64,000 nt of DNA from IMG/VR virus record IMGVR_UViG_2602042090_000006, positions 9,728 to 73,727 of that record; one strand, given 5' to 3'. Each line of letters begins with the position of its first letter. The stretch's first letter is position 1. The notes under the pieces were generated by a model, which saw nothing but the letters and a program-made list of their open reading frames with translations, did not search any database and was not told the DNA's origin. Of this stretch, positions 47,434-57,772 are shown in pieces. The position numbers and the translations under genes were made by a program. This stretch comes from a virus. Its lineage: Duplodnaviria; Caudoviricetes.

Positions 47434-48083
47434 GGCTTTTCGATCGCTGTGAAACCGGCGCCCTCTGTCAGGTGACGGCGCGCGCGGCCCGGCATGTGGC
47501 TGTCCGGCATGATGACCATGCGGCAGGCCGGCCGGGCGAAGATCGTGGTGGCGTTGACAGCCAGGCCGTCCGGCACATTCGGGAAGATGCTCAGTGCCGG
47601 CGTCACCCCGTTGCTGCCTGCAACACCGCGCTCAGATATCTCGAGGAAGGCGTATTGAACGGGATTGCTGCCCCACGACACCTGAAACTTGTCGGCGATC
47701 GTAAGGACGTAGCCGGCCGGAAAACCCTTGAAGCTCATCGAGCGGCGGTCCGTCCCGATCGTGTTGATCTGAATAAGGCGGCTGCCGAGGATCGTCCCGC
47801 GCGGGTCCGTGGCCGGATAAGGCGACAGCGGGTCGAACAGCCAGAAGGCCTCCTGGGCACCGCGAAGGGCGCGGATCAGGGCGGCGTACTGTTTCATCTC
47901 GGCACTCGAGCGGCGATCGAGTTCCACCACGGCGCGCCAAAGCGGGTCGGCCATCTCGGTCTGCCAGATGCGACCGCTGCCCTGTCCGGACAGGCTGTCA
48001 CGACGCTTGATGCCCCACTCGACGCTGGAGATAGGAAGCCGATCGGCGAATGTCGGAAGGCTGTAGGGGAAGCTGAGGGTCAT
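47430..48083 (-). CDS. Distal tail protein (copy B)
   Basis: Homologue of 2426..3079. Confidence 0.7.
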   Translation of the reverse strand: MTLSFPYSLPTFADRLPISSVEWGIKRRDSLSGQGSGRIWQTEMADPLWRAVVELDRRSSAEMKQYAALIRALRGAQEAFWLFDPLSPYPATDPRGTILGSRLIQINTIGTDRRSMSFKGFPAGYVLTIADKFQVSWGSNPVQYAFLEISERGVAGSNGVTPALSIFPNVPDGLAVNATTIFARPACRMVIMPDSHMPGRARRHLTEGAGFTAIEKP

Positions 48084-51000
48084 TGGCCCCTCACATACGG
48101 GCGCTTCTTGATCTGATCGAAGCGGGCCGGCAGGTTCTTGTCGTAGGCGCGAAGGCCCTTGGCGACACCCCGATCAACGGCGTCCTCGATGTCGCGATCG
48201 CCGCGCGGGTTATCGACGTAGACGTTGATTTCAGACTTGCCGGCACGCACCGGGTCGTTGGCAGCCGACGCCATCCTGCTCTGGCCCTGTGAGGGGTAAA
48301 CAGAAGCCGGCGCGCCGATCTTGGCGACAAAGCCTCCCTTGTCATAGCCGCGTCCGGAGTTCAGACCTTCGAGCATACGGCGAACGCCGGGCTGTGCGAC
48401 GACGCTGGCCTTGACGACGTATTCTTGCCCATGGACGAAACCGGCAATATCGCCCCGTCCGCCGTTCCCGGTGTAGCCGCCGACGTCGTACAGACCCTTG
48501 CCCGGATTGTTGACGGCGAACGTGGACTGCGCGCCGTTCGGCACGAAGGTCGGGAGAAAGGCTGTCAGCAGCGAGCCGAGAATTCCGCCGCCGCCAGACG
48601 ATGGTGCGGCCGGGAAGAAATTGGCCATGTTCTGACCGACCTGTCCGAGACCGCTCCCGAACGTGCCGAGCCCTTCCGTAGCAACCGATGCCGTGCTCGA
48701 AAGATTTCCGACCGTCTTGCTTGCGGACTGGCCCGTCGTCGCCAGCTTTTCCAGCGCCTTGGACGCCGTATCGGCGCCTTCATTATTCTTCCCGATGCCG
48801 TCCCAATTGCCGATACCGACGCGCTTCGCGCCATACCAAGCGCCCCAGCCGTTCTGTGATGCCTGCTGGAGAGCAAACTTGGTTGCCTCGGGGCCGTTTG
48901 CCGCCAGCGCCGGGTCCAGACCGGTCTGCTTCTGGAAGACATTCCCCAGACCGCCGCCCTTGTAGAGCTGAAACGGTCCGTAGGATTGTTCACGGATACC
49001 GTTCTTCACGTAGCCAGACTGCAGGTTCCAACTGCTCAAGCCGCCTTCGGATTGAGCAACCCTCACCGCAGTGTCGGCATTGATGTTGTATTTCGGTGCC
49101 CAGGTGCGGATGAAGGATTCGACATCCGTTACGGCGCCCAGCGGTTCGCGTGTGACAGGGATCAGCGGAGCGGCGTAGGACTGAAAGCCGCTTGCTGTCG
49201 GTGTGTTCTGGTTGGCCGCGACCGGCGCACCTTTCAGGAAACGGCCGAGCACATCCGACAGCTCCGGACGATCGCCGCCCAGAAGCATGTTTTTGATCGA
49301 GTTCGAGCCCAGCTCCTGGAAGAACTTGCCGACATCACCGAGAAGGCCGTTCAACGCACCTTTGAAGTCGCCTTTAAGAAGCGAGCCGAGGACGTTGTCG
49401 ATCGCGGTTTCGCCGGCGGACTGGAACATCTGCCATGCCGCCGTGGCCTTCTCGACCTCCGCTGTCTGGTTGGCGATCTCCCGCGCGTTGCGCCGGATCT
49501 GCTCGGCCTCGGCCGACAGAGCCGAATAGCCGCGCGCCCGGATCATCTGCTCGGCTTCGAGAACCGCCAAAGCCTTTTCGCGTTCGGCCGTGCTGGCGCC
49601 GACCAGCGTCTTCTCAAGGCGCAAGCGCTCCAGATCGTCATCCTGCCCCTTGATGACGTCGATCGCGCCGGCGCGGCGTTGCTCAAGCTCGCTGGCAGCT
49701 GCCGCATCCTTCGCAGCCGCCAGCGCCTCGGCCAGCTTCCTCTGTTCCTCGCCCTGGGCAGCGGCCGCAGCGGCGGCAAGCGGGCGGAGTTGGATTTCCG
49801 TGCGCAGAAGAGCCTCGGCTTGGCTCGCCGTGATATTGCCGGCCGCGACCTGATCGTTAAGGCGGCGCCGTGCTTCGACCTCCTCGACCAGCTCGGCCGA
49901 CTGAAGGCGGGAGGCGGCGAGCGTCTCTTGGATGACGCGGTTGCGTGCAGCGGCAATGCGGGACGATGCCTCGGCCGTGGTGATTTCCTCACCGGCCAGC
50001 TGCAGGCGCTCCCGATCAGCCATCAAGCCTGCGAGCACCACAGGGTTTCGTTCCGTCTGGATGCGGATGTCGAGTGCCGCGAGTTGGTTGGCGCGCTCCT
50101 GCGCCGGGATCAGGGTTTCGAGCGCGCGCTTCTTGGCGTCGATCGTGGCCGTTATGTCAGCGCGTTGGCTGTCGAGAAGACCAGGTGCGTCAAGGCCGCT
50201 TTGGGCCTTGATGAGGCTGTCCTCAAGATCGCGGCGGGCACGCGCTGCCGCCGTTGCCGGGCTGGCGTTGGCGGTGTCGAGTGCGCCTCGAGCCGCGGCA
50301 CGGCGCTTTTCCTGTTCGCGATCGCGCGCCTCGTTGCCGCGCCGCTCCATGTCTTCCTGCCGGAGACGTTCGAGTTCGGTACGCGCCGTTTCTACGTCGC
50401 TGTCGAAAAAGCCGTCGCCGAGTATGCTGCCCTTACTCTTGGCCTGAGATCGCCTCGCCGCATCATATCTTTCGGTCGCTTCAGCCAGAGCGTCGGCCGG
50501 AGACGGGCCGTTGAAAGACCGATCGATGGATTTCCCCATCCAGTCGTAAGCATCACTCGCAGCCTTGGCGACACTGTTCCAAGCACGACCAAGCGCCGTG
50601 GTCGCTTCGCTGGCGTTGGCCAGCCGGCCCGGAAGAGCAGCCAGCAAGACCTGCTGCGCTTCAGTGAGCCGGTTCTGTGCCGTCAGGCGGCGCGCATACT
50701 CGGCGGTCGCCGCATCGACCAGCCCATATTGGCGGTAGAGGGTGTCGATCGCCTTGGACGGATCGGCGAACATCTCGGCCAGTGCCGCGCCCGCCTCGTC
50801 GGCCGACACGCCGATCGTCGCGCCGAAATTCTTGCTGATGGCGATCAGCTGCTCGAAGTTCTCCGAGGCGATCCGGCCGGTCCGCAGGAACTGCGCTTCC
50901 ATCGTACGGGCCGACGCGACGGAGATCCCGGCCGCCGCTGCGCCGTTCTGAGCCGCCGCCTCCATGCTCGCGGCACTGCCGGCAGTCGCGCGACCAATCC

Positions 51001-52234
51001 CGGACGCTGCGGTCTCGACTTCCTTGATGGAGCCGAGATAGTCGTTCCAGGCCATGGCGCCGAGGACGACGGCCGCTGTCGTGCCGGCAATACCGACCCG
51101 CAGCGGCGTGATCGCGGCCATGGCTGCCTTGGCGGCATTTCCCATGCTGCCGTAGATCTGCATGGCCTGCGGACCCTGCTGCAGAATGACCTGGGTGATG
51201 GGCATGCCCAGCGCCAGCGACTGGACGGTGTCCACGCCTTGCGTGAAGAGGTTTGCCTGTTGGTCCGGACGCAGGCCCTTGCTACCCGTGATGCCCTTGC
51301 GCGACTGGATCAGCCCGAGCGTCGCCTGACGCTCACGGCTGATCGCCGCCGTCATCTCGTCGTGCGAGATCGCGCCGACCCTGTTGGCCTGACGGATGTC
51401 CTCGATTGTCTTGCGATAGGCCGTGAGAGCCGCATAGCGCGGATTGTAGGCCTGCCGCAGCCGATCGCGTTCGTCCATGAAGGCGGTGATGTCAGCGCTG
51501 CGGTCCGGCTGGATCATCTGCGACTGGACGATGGACTGTGCAGACTGCTTACGCCGGGCAGCGAGGCGCTCGGCCGCACCGGCCTGCTCTTCCATAGCCC
51601 GTGTTTCGCGGATCCTCGCATCAATGGCGGTGGACGCCGAGATCGCACCGACGCGCTCGGCCTCGTTGATATCGAGGAGCGCCTTGCGATGGCGTTCCAT
51701 CAAGGCGAACATCGGATCGAACCGCGCCTGCAGGCGGTCCATCTCCTTCAGGTACGCCTCGATATCGGCGCCACGGTTCGGCGTGATCGTCCTCGCTTCA
51801 ACGATCGATTGCGCCTGCTGCTTCTGGCGTGCCGCAAGCCGCTCGGCGGCACCCGCCTGTTCCTGCATCGCGCGCGTCTCGCGGATCCGCGCCTCGATCG
51901 CGGTTGAGGCCGAGATTGCGCCGACCTTCTCGGCATTGGCGATATCGGTCAACGCCTGCCGATGGCGCTGCATGACCGCGAACATCGGATCGAAGCGCGC
52001 CTGCAGGCGGTCCATCTCGCGGCCATAGGCGGAGAGATCGTCCAAGCGGGTCGTGTTGTTGTTGGCAGCTTCCTTGAGCTTGCCGAGCGCCGTCGTGACA
52101 GCCTGGACCTTCGGCGCGACCGCCTCCGCCTGCTTACCGATGGCCGCGACGGCATTGCGCGCCTCCGTGCCGCCGGTCTTGGCGCCGGACGGATCGACGG
52201 TGACGCCGATCGCGATGCGATAGGCGGCCGTCAT
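48080..52234 (-). CDS. Tape measure protein (copy B) with a different lytic-transglycosylase-like domain
   Basis: Homologue of 3076..7239 apart from the RVAQSEGG...GPFQL...GWGAW segment. Confidence 0.92.
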   Translation of the reverse strand: MTAAYRIAIGVTVDPSGAKTGGTEARNAVAAIGKQAEAVAPKVQAVTTALGKLKEAANNNTTRLDDLSAYGREMDRLQARFDPMFAVMQRHRQALTDIANAEKVGAISASTAIEARIRETRAMQEQAGAAERLAARQKQQAQSIVEARTITPNRGADIEAYLKEMDRLQARFDPMFALMERHRKALLDINEAERVGAISASTAIDARIRETRAMEEQAGAAERLAARRKQSAQSIVQSQMIQPDRSADITAFMDERDRLRQAYNPRYAALTAYRKTIEDIRQANRVGAISHDEMTAAISRERQATLGLIQSRKGITGSKGLRPDQQANLFTQGVDTVQSLALGMPITQVILQQGPQAMQIYGSMGNAAKAAMAAITPLRVGIAGTTAAVVLGAMAWNDYLGSIKEVETAASGIGRATAGSAASMEAAAQNGAAAAGISVASARTMEAQFLRTGRIASENFEQLIAISKNFGATIGVSADEAGAALAEMFADPSKAIDTLYRQYGLVDAATAEYARRLTAQNRLTEAQQVLLAALPGRLANASEATTALGRAWNSVAKAASDAYDWMGKSIDRSFNGPSPADALAEATERYDAARRSQAKSKGSILGDGFFDSDVETARTELERLRQEDMERRGNEARDREQEKRRAAARGALDTANASPATAAARARRDLEDSLIKAQSGLDAPGLLDSQRADITATIDAKKRALETLIPAQERANQLAALDIRIQTERNPVVLAGLMADRERLQLAGEEITTAEASSRIAAARNRVIQETLAASRLQSAELVEEVEARRRLNDQVAAGNITASQAEALLRTEIQLRPLAAAAAAAQGEEQRKLAEALAAAKDAAAASELEQRRAGAIDVIKGQDDDLERLRLEKTLVGASTAEREKALAVLEAEQMIRARGYSALSAEAEQIRRNAREIANQTAEVEKATAAWQMFQSAGETAIDNVLGSLLKGDFKGALNGLLGDVGKFFQELGSNSIKNMLLGGDRPELSDVLGRFLKGAPVAANQNTPTASGFQSYAAPLIPVTREPLGAVTDVESFIRTWAPKYNINADTAVRVAQSEGGLSSWNLQSGYVKNGIREQSYGPFQLYKGGGLGNVFQKQTGLDPALAANGPEATKFALQQASQNGWGAWYGAKRVGIGNWDGIGKNNEGADTASKALEKLATTGQSASKTVGNLSSTASVATEGLGTFGSGLGQVGQNMANFFPAAPSSGGGGILGSLLTAFLPTFVPNGAQSTFAVNNPGKGLYDVGGYTGNGGRGDIAGFVHGQEYVVKASVVAQPGVRRMLEGLNSGRGYDKGGFVAKIGAPASVYPSQGQSRMASAANDPVRAGKSEINVYVDNPRGDRDIEDAVDRGVAKGLRAYDKNLPARFDQIKKRPYVRGQ

Positions 52235-52635
52235 TCCTCGTCCTCCTCGGCGGAGGCCGGGTCGCCGTCGTTGAAGAGCGGCAGGACGGCGTCCTCGATG
52301 ACGCGAAGATCCCGGAACACGTCGGGCTCATAGCCCTCGGCATCGAGCACGATCTTGCAGGCGGCATAGTCGAGGCCAATGAACAAGACGCCGTTCTTGT
52401 TCGACGCCGCTCTCCACTGCGTCGAGCACGCGATGAAACCGGAAAGACTGGCGGCGTTCTGGATCACGAGGGCAATCTCATCGTCGTCGGGTTCAGCATC
52501 GTCATCGTCCATGACGAACGTCACGCCGAGCTTCTGGGACTGCTGGCGGAGATCGTCATCGATGATGGTGGCACGGGAGGGATCGACGCGACCGAGGCGG
52601 ACGTATGTCCACGCGACGGCCGCGTCCGTCAGTTT
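52231..52635 (-). CDS. Tail chaperone T segment (copy B, -1 frameshift)
   Basis: As in copy A. Confidence 0.8.
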   Translation of the reverse strand, partial: KLTDAAVAWTYVRLGRVDPSRATIIDDDLRQQSQKLGVTFVMDDDDAEPDDDEIALVIQNAASLSGFIACSTQWRAASNKNGVLFIGLDYAACKIVLDAEGYEPDVFRDLRVIEDAVLPLFNDGDPASAEEDEE

Positions 52636-53042
52636 TTTAGGCGGGCCTTGTCGAGCGTGACGGCGTCCTGGTAGGCCTTCACGATCGCCACCCTGACCCG
52701 CTCATGTGCCCAGACGGCCGTAAAGGTCTCGGCGGAGAAATTCAGCGGGTTTCCCATCTCGTCAGCGATCTTGCGCCAGTCGCGGACCAGCCGGCGTGCT
52801 GCCGCTTCGTCGTGTTCAGCAACACGGGCCATGATCTCGACCATCTCGGCGTCTGTGGTTTCGGAGTTGATCTCCGAAAGGATCGCTGCACGTTCCCGGG
52901 CCGAGTCCCGGTTGATCTCTTCGGGCAGTAGCTCGAACTGGATCTCGAACGTGTGCTCGACCGTTTTCCCCATCCGGTTCGGGTCGGGTTCCGTGACCTT
53001 CACCGGCCACCAGAAGGCGAGGTTTTCGACGAGCTTGAACAT
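52629..53042 (-). CDS. Tail assembly chaperone (copy B)
   Basis: Homologue of 7634..8047. Confidence 0.85.
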   Translation of the reverse strand: MFKLVENLAFWWPVKVTEPDPNRMGKTVEHTFEIQFELLPEEINRDSARERAAILSEINSETTDAEMVEIMARVAEHDEAAARRLVRDWRKIADEMGNPLNFSAETFTAVWAHERVRVAIVKAYQDAVTLDKARLKN

Positions 53043-53109
53043 GCGGGCGTCTTTCTGAACGTTGCCCCGAAAGGGCTTTGAAACAAGTTTGAAGGCGGGC
53101 TGCTGGCCG

Positions 53110-54039
53110 TCACATGACGGTCAGCAGGAACTCGTCATTGCCGGCGACCGGCGTTGCCATCAGCGGAAGGGTGTTGTTGATCCGCTTGCGCGTCTCGCCA
53201 TACTTCGGCCGGCCGATCTGGACGGCCTGCATGCCGAACTTGACGATGTTGCCACCCTGCTTCCCATGCTGGGCTGCAAGGATGCCGAGATCGCCGGCTT
53301 CGGACTTGGCAAACCAATTGACGGACGAAAGTGCATCGGCACGCATGATCGCCGACCCGGTCATCATGCGATCGACATGCTCGATGGCTTCCTCGTTGAT
53401 CAGGAAGTCCGGCTCGATCTGGTTGCCGATATCGAACGTGATGCCTTCGGTACCGCCGGCATAACCGTGCAGCGAGAAGGTCGTGTTCGCCTTGTTGACG
53501 GGAACCGCCTTCTTGAACGCCGCTGTCGTCAGGGTCGGCAGGGCGGCATCCGAGACCACACCCAAGAGGCCGGTCAGGACGAACCGGAAACGGGGAATGG
53601 CAAGCGGCGCCATGTTCAGCGTCCACGTCCCGCGTGCGCCAAGAAGGATGTGCTGAACGCCGTCGCCATTCCAGCGCACCGACACGCTTTCCTGCGCCTT
53701 GGAGATCGGATTGTACTGAACATCGGTCGCGGCCGTGATGACCTCGCGCATGGCGCAGGCCCGCATCAGCACGCCCCAAGCGGGCGCTGTGCCCGGTGTG
53801 CCGGACCCAGCCACTTCCACTTCGCCGGAGAGCGTGCCGTAGGTTCCAACCAGCGTAACGCCCTGATGTCCCATATACGGAAGGACGAGGTCGCGGCTGA
53901 CCTCCTGACCGGCAGACGGATCGAAGTCCACGTCGGTCATGACCATCGCGTTTGCCGCGCCGGTCGGAATGCTGTCCTCGCCGTAGATCGTCTCGGACTT
54001 GACGAGGATGGCGCGGTTTCGCCAGTAGCGCTTTGCCAT
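53110..54039 (-). CDS. Major tail tube protein (copy B)
   Basis: Homologue of 8115..9044. Confidence 0.85.
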   Translation of the reverse strand: MAKRYWRNRAILVKSETIYGEDSIPTGAANAMVMTDVDFDPSAGQEVSRDLVLPYMGHQGVTLVGTYGTLSGEVEVAGSGTPGTAPAWGVLMRACAMREVITAATDVQYNPISKAQESVSVRWNGDGVQHILLGARGTWTLNMAPLAIPRFRFVLTGLLGVVSDAALPTLTTAAFKKAVPVNKANTTFSLHGYAGGTEGITFDIGNQIEPDFLINEEAIEHVDRMMTGSAIMRADALSSVNWFAKSEAGDLGILAAQHGKQGGNIVKFGMQAVQIGRPKYGETRKRINNTLPLMATPVAGNDEFLLTVM

Positions 54040-54041
54040 GA

Positions 54042-54275
54042 TCAGGGGTTCCTTTTCCGCGTGGTGGGCACGGGTTCGTCAGATGTGACGGCCGATGTCT
54101 CTTCGGTCACCGGCGCATCGCTCGCGACGACGGCCGGCGCCGTCTGCCCAGGTGCAGCTGTCGCGGCGTCCGGCTCTGGCACGGCGGGTTTCGGCTCTTC
54201 CGTGCGGCTGACGAGCTGCAACGAGCCATCGGGTTGGCGGACGTAGCTGCCGCCGCCTTCATGATCGGTCATCAT
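54042..54275 (-). CDS. Small hypothetical protein (copy B)
   Basis: Homologue of 9047..9280. Confidence 0.7.
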   Translation of the reverse strand: MMTDHEGGGSYVRQPDGSLQLVSRTEEPKPAVPEPDAATAAPGQTAPAVVASDAPVTEETSAVTSDEPVPTTRKRNP

Positions 54276-54697
54276 TCGGTCTCCAGGTAGCGGCTCGTCT
54301 GCCACGTCTGCACATAGACGGTGACACCGTTGCCAAGCGGCGCGGCCTGTGCCGACACCAGTTCGAAAAGGTCGCCTCGGGGATCGACCGACCAGCCGGC
54401 AAGCGCCTGCTCGATCGCGCCCTTCATCGTGTCGAAGTCGAGCGCACGTTGCGCGCCCTGGACGTCGGCATGCCGGCGCAGGACAAGCGCCACGAGGATT
54501 TGCGCGTGCACGAGCTGCTCGAAACCACCCATCGCAAGCGTGTTGGGCTCGGCCTGCTCGCGGTAAGGGATGACGAAGACGGTCCCGTTCTTTGGAGCCG
54601 TCCCTGCGCTGATCGAGGCAAGATCCTCGACCGGCAGCACGTCGGAAACCGCCGTGCCTAGCTCGCTCTTCAGACGGGTGATGACGGCCGCGATCAA
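54272..54697 (-). CDS. Tail terminator (copy B)
   Basis: Identical protein to 9277..9702. Confidence 0.75.
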   Translation of the reverse strand: MIAAVITRLKSELGTAVSDVLPVEDLASISAGTAPKNGTVFVIPYREQAEPNTLAMGGFEQLVHAQILVALVLRRHADVQGAQRALDFDTMKGAIEQALAGWSVDPRGDLFELVSAQAAPLGNGVTVYVQTWQTSRYLETE

Positions 54698-55119
54698 AGC
54701 CAGCCCTCCATCTTCTCGCGAGAGAAGACGGGTTCGGGCCCATCGACCCGGATGCCGTCCGAGGTGGATTGCGCCGGCGCGATGCCGTCAGCGCCGGGAA
54801 GAGCGATCATGCCGCGCGCCGCCTGCTGAAGAGCCGCCATCGCATCCTTGTAATCCCGCACCACGTAGTCGGGCGGACCGTTGCGATGCAGATGGTAGCG
54901 CGCGATCGAGACCGCCCAGGTGGACACGATGGCCGCAACGCTCGACAGCGGCAGGCGGAAGCGAACGGCCAGATAGCCGTTCACCGCGTTGTCGGCATGG
55001 GTGAGCGACGCCTCGACGACATCGGGATCTGCAGCGCCGTCCCCGTCGCGATCGGCGATCTGGAGGATTTCATCCAGGCCGGCGCGTTCGATCAGATCTT
55101 CGAGCGAGGCGTAGTGCAT
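54694..55119 (-). CDS. Head-tail connector gp36-like (copy B)
   Basis: Homologue of 9699..10124. Confidence 0.85.
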   Translation of the reverse strand: MHYASLEDLIERAGLDEILQIADRDGDGAADPDVVEASLTHADNAVNGYLAVRFRLPLSSVAAIVSTWAVSIARYHLHRNGPPDYVVRDYKDAMAALQQAARGMIALPGADGIAPAQSTSDGIRVDGPEPVFSREKMEGWL

Positions 55120-55985
55120 CAGACCGCGAAGCCCTCGTCCCACGTGGAGGCGATCGCCAGCGTATCGAGCAGCTCGGCATGCTCGACGACGGTCAGGTCG
55201 ATCGTGTCGCCGATATCCTTCAGCACGTTGTTCTGCCGGGTGCGGCCCGTGAGAATGAACCGGCGCTTCTCGTGGGTGTAGGCGGGACGAGCGCCCTCGA
55301 CATCGGCAATGCGCGCAACGCGCAGCGCACTGATCTGGGTCTGAAGCTCGGAGGCCATGTTGACCAGATCGCCGACGATCTCGGCCGGATCGTCCATCGG
55401 ATGCCAGCCCTGCAGCGGACCGAGGCCGGCGTGCGTGTCGATGGCGCGCAGGAGCGAAAGGCCGACCGTGGCCTTATCGATCAGGTCGTCGATGTCCGTG
55501 CAGCCCGTCATGTCGAGCGCATATTTCAGGGCGCGCAGATCCAGCGCCTCGTTGCTGGTCGCAACCGGGTCGGCCGCACCCGCGACCAGAACAGCCGTTC
55601 CGCCGTCGGTCCCCTGCGGGATGTCCACGACGGCACCTTCCATGGGACGCGCGGTGACGCCGCCTGCGAGCAGCGCTGGAACCGAGGCGCTCGCCACGAT
55701 CCCACCGGCTTGGATTTTGGACGCCGTGATCGCGTTCGAAGCGAGCTGATCGGCGGTGACCGTGCCATCTCCGATTTCACTGGCGGTGACGGCCTCCGCT
55801 GGGAAACCGCCTATGCTCCCGGTCTGGATGTTCGAGCCATGGATAACGGTCCCGTCCGGCCCGTTCATGCCGGACGGGTCGGATGCTGCCACGGGAGGAG
55901 TGGCGGCATCCAGCGCCGTGCCCAGGACGTCGGTCCCGGCTTCTTCTGCGATCGGCGCGCTGGATGATGTGATCTTCTTGGCCAT
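55119..55985 (-). CDS. Hypothetical head-region protein (copy B)
   Basis: Homologue of 10124..10990. Confidence 0.7.
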   Translation of the reverse strand: MAKKITSSSAPIAEEAGTDVLGTALDAATPPVAASDPSGMNGPDGTVIHGSNIQTGSIGGFPAEAVTASEIGDGTVTADQLASNAITASKIQAGGIVASASVPALLAGGVTARPMEGAVVDIPQGTDGGTAVLVAGAADPVATSNEALDLRALKYALDMTGCTDIDDLIDKATVGLSLLRAIDTHAGLGPLQGWHPMDDPAEIVGDLVNMASELQTQISALRVARIADVEGARPAYTHEKRRFILTGRTRQNNVLKDIGDTIDLTVVEHAELLDTLAIASTWDEGFAV

Positions 55986-56090
55986 GAACGGTTTCCCTTC
56001 GAGCTTTCGGAAAGGAACCGGCCATCCGGTCCCTTTCGAAAAGCTCCGGCCGATTGCGCGGCCGGAGTTCAGTCATTCCCGCCGCCCGCC

Positions 56091-56342
56091 TTAGCGAGCG
56101 GTCAGGCTGAGACCATGCGTGCGGTAGCTGTGGCGGTAGACGGGCTTCAGGGCATCGATGACGAGGAACACGACGACGCCGAAGATCGGGGCCATCACGA
56201 TGAGCGCGGCGGCCGAGGGCGTGTCCCGCAAAAACGTCATGGCAAGCTTGATGACCGGATAGGCGACGTAGACGGCTGCGCTGACGATGGCGAAAACCAC
56301 GGCGCCGATGACGGAAAAGCTGGATCGGAGACAATATTTCAT
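56091..56342 (-). CDS. Small membrane protein (copy B)
   Basis: Identical to 11096..11347. Confidence 0.65.
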   Translation of the reverse strand: MKYCLRSSFSVIGAVVFAIVSAAVYVAYPVIKLAMTFLRDTPSAAALIVMAPIFGVVVFLVIDALKPVYRHSYRTHGLSLTAR

Positions 56343-56421
56343 GCTGGTCCCTTCGGGTGTTATCCTCCGGCCGGCTGGCCAAAGGGGAGAGCGTGGGCCT
56401 GACGGTCAGGCTGAGGCCAAC

Positions 56422-57357
56422 TCAGGCGGCGACGTTCTGGAAGAAGTAGCCAAGCTCCGGAGCCGACACGACTTCGGCAACGCTTTCGCCAGCGCGCACC
56501 CGGCGCGATCCGCGAAGGCCGATCTTTGGTTCGTCGATCGAGCCGGCGACGCGGGTACCGAACTGAGCCGTCCAGCCCCACGTGGGCACCTCGCCCATGC
56601 TCGACACGATCTTCTCACGGCGGATCAGGGCGCAATGCTTGCCCCAGAGGCGGTAGCGCACGGCCGGCTGGCCGGGACGCGCCGCATTGGCAAAGCCGGA
56701 GCCGACGACGATGTCATCAAGCTCGAGGAGATCGGCAACGGCGCGCTTGTCGGCGAGACCATCGGCAACGCCCGACGTTGTAAGCGCCCGCAGAACGTTG
56801 GGGTTCTGGCGCATCTGAGACCAAGCCAGCCGGCCCATGACAGCAACGTTCGCACGCATGACCATGCTGTCGAGCGCATCCGTGACGGCGCGGATCGGCT
56901 TGCTGTCGGCGTGGCTCCACTGCGAGGTGCCAGACAGAACCTCACGGTTCGTGGTGGGGTAGCTCAGCGGGTTGAACGTCTTGTCGGCGACACGCTTCTC
57001 GCGATCCAGCTCGACGATGTTGGTCAGCTGCTGGACGGCGAAGGCTTCCGGGTCGTAACCGGCCGGCGCCTGCATGATGTCGGCGATCGGAATGATGGCG
57101 TCCTGACCGTAGTCGGCCGTCGCGCCCGTCACTTCTGTGCCGCCGAACTCCATGATGTTCGGCTCGGACTTACGGCCGACCTTGGTGTCAGGGATCGTGA
57201 TCGTCTGGTCGAAGCCGAAGACCATGTACTTGAAGGTCTCGGCCGTCAGACGCGGCTCGAGGCGAGGCATGACCTGATCGGCGATCAGTTCCCCATTCTT
57301 GAAGGCAACGGCGATGCCGGTCAGAACCGGATCGACGGGAAACGGCTGTCCAGCCAT
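56422..57357 (-). CDS. Major capsid protein (copy B)
   Basis: Homologue of 11425..12360. Confidence 0.9.
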   Translation of the reverse strand: MAGQPFPVDPVLTGIAVAFKNGELIADQVMPRLEPRLTAETFKYMVFGFDQTITIPDTKVGRKSEPNIMEFGGTEVTGATADYGQDAIIPIADIMQAPAGYDPEAFAVQQLTNIVELDREKRVADKTFNPLSYPTTNREVLSGTSQWSHADSKPIRAVTDALDSMVMRANVAVMGRLAWSQMRQNPNVLRALTTSGVADGLADKRAVADLLELDDIVVGSGFANAARPGQPAVRYRLWGKHCALIRREKIVSSMGEVPTWGWTAQFGTRVAGSIDEPKIGLRGSRRVRAGESVAEVVSAPELGYFFQNVAA

Positions 57358-57390
57358 ACGTAAGTGCTCCTGCGGGTGTCGATCCGGGCC

Positions 57391-57762
57391 TTAGCCCTGG
57401 ATGCGATGGGGGTTGATGAAGGCCTTGGCGATATCGCCGGAAACGCCGCCTGTGAGGACGCGACCGACGATGAAGTGATTGACGCCTGCGCCGGGGGCGG
57501 CAGCGACGGCCTTGCCGTTGGCGTCGGCCGTGATGCCGGCGCCGGGCGTCACGGTCCCGCCGACCAGAATTTCGGCTGGGCCGAACAGCACGACATCGAC
57601 GCGCTGGCCGATCTTGGCGCCGTTCGGGTAATCGACAACGCCAGCGATCACGTCGGTTGGTGCCGTCGCCAGCGCGACCTCGCCATCGATGGCGGTGAAC
57701 TTGACCTGGGCGCGATGGGCGAGATCGGTCGAGGCGATGAAGGCTTTGATGAACGGGTTCAT
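57391..57762 (-). CDS. Capsid cement protein (copy B)
   Basis: Homologue of 12394..12765. Confidence 0.75.
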   Translation of the reverse strand: MNPFIKAFIASTDLAHRAQVKFTAIDGEVALATAPTDVIAGVVDYPNGAKIGQRVDVVLFGPAEILVGGTVTPGAGITADANGKAVAAAPGAGVNHFIVGRVLTGGVSGDIAKAFINPHRIQG

Positions 57763-57772
57763 GCGGCGGTCC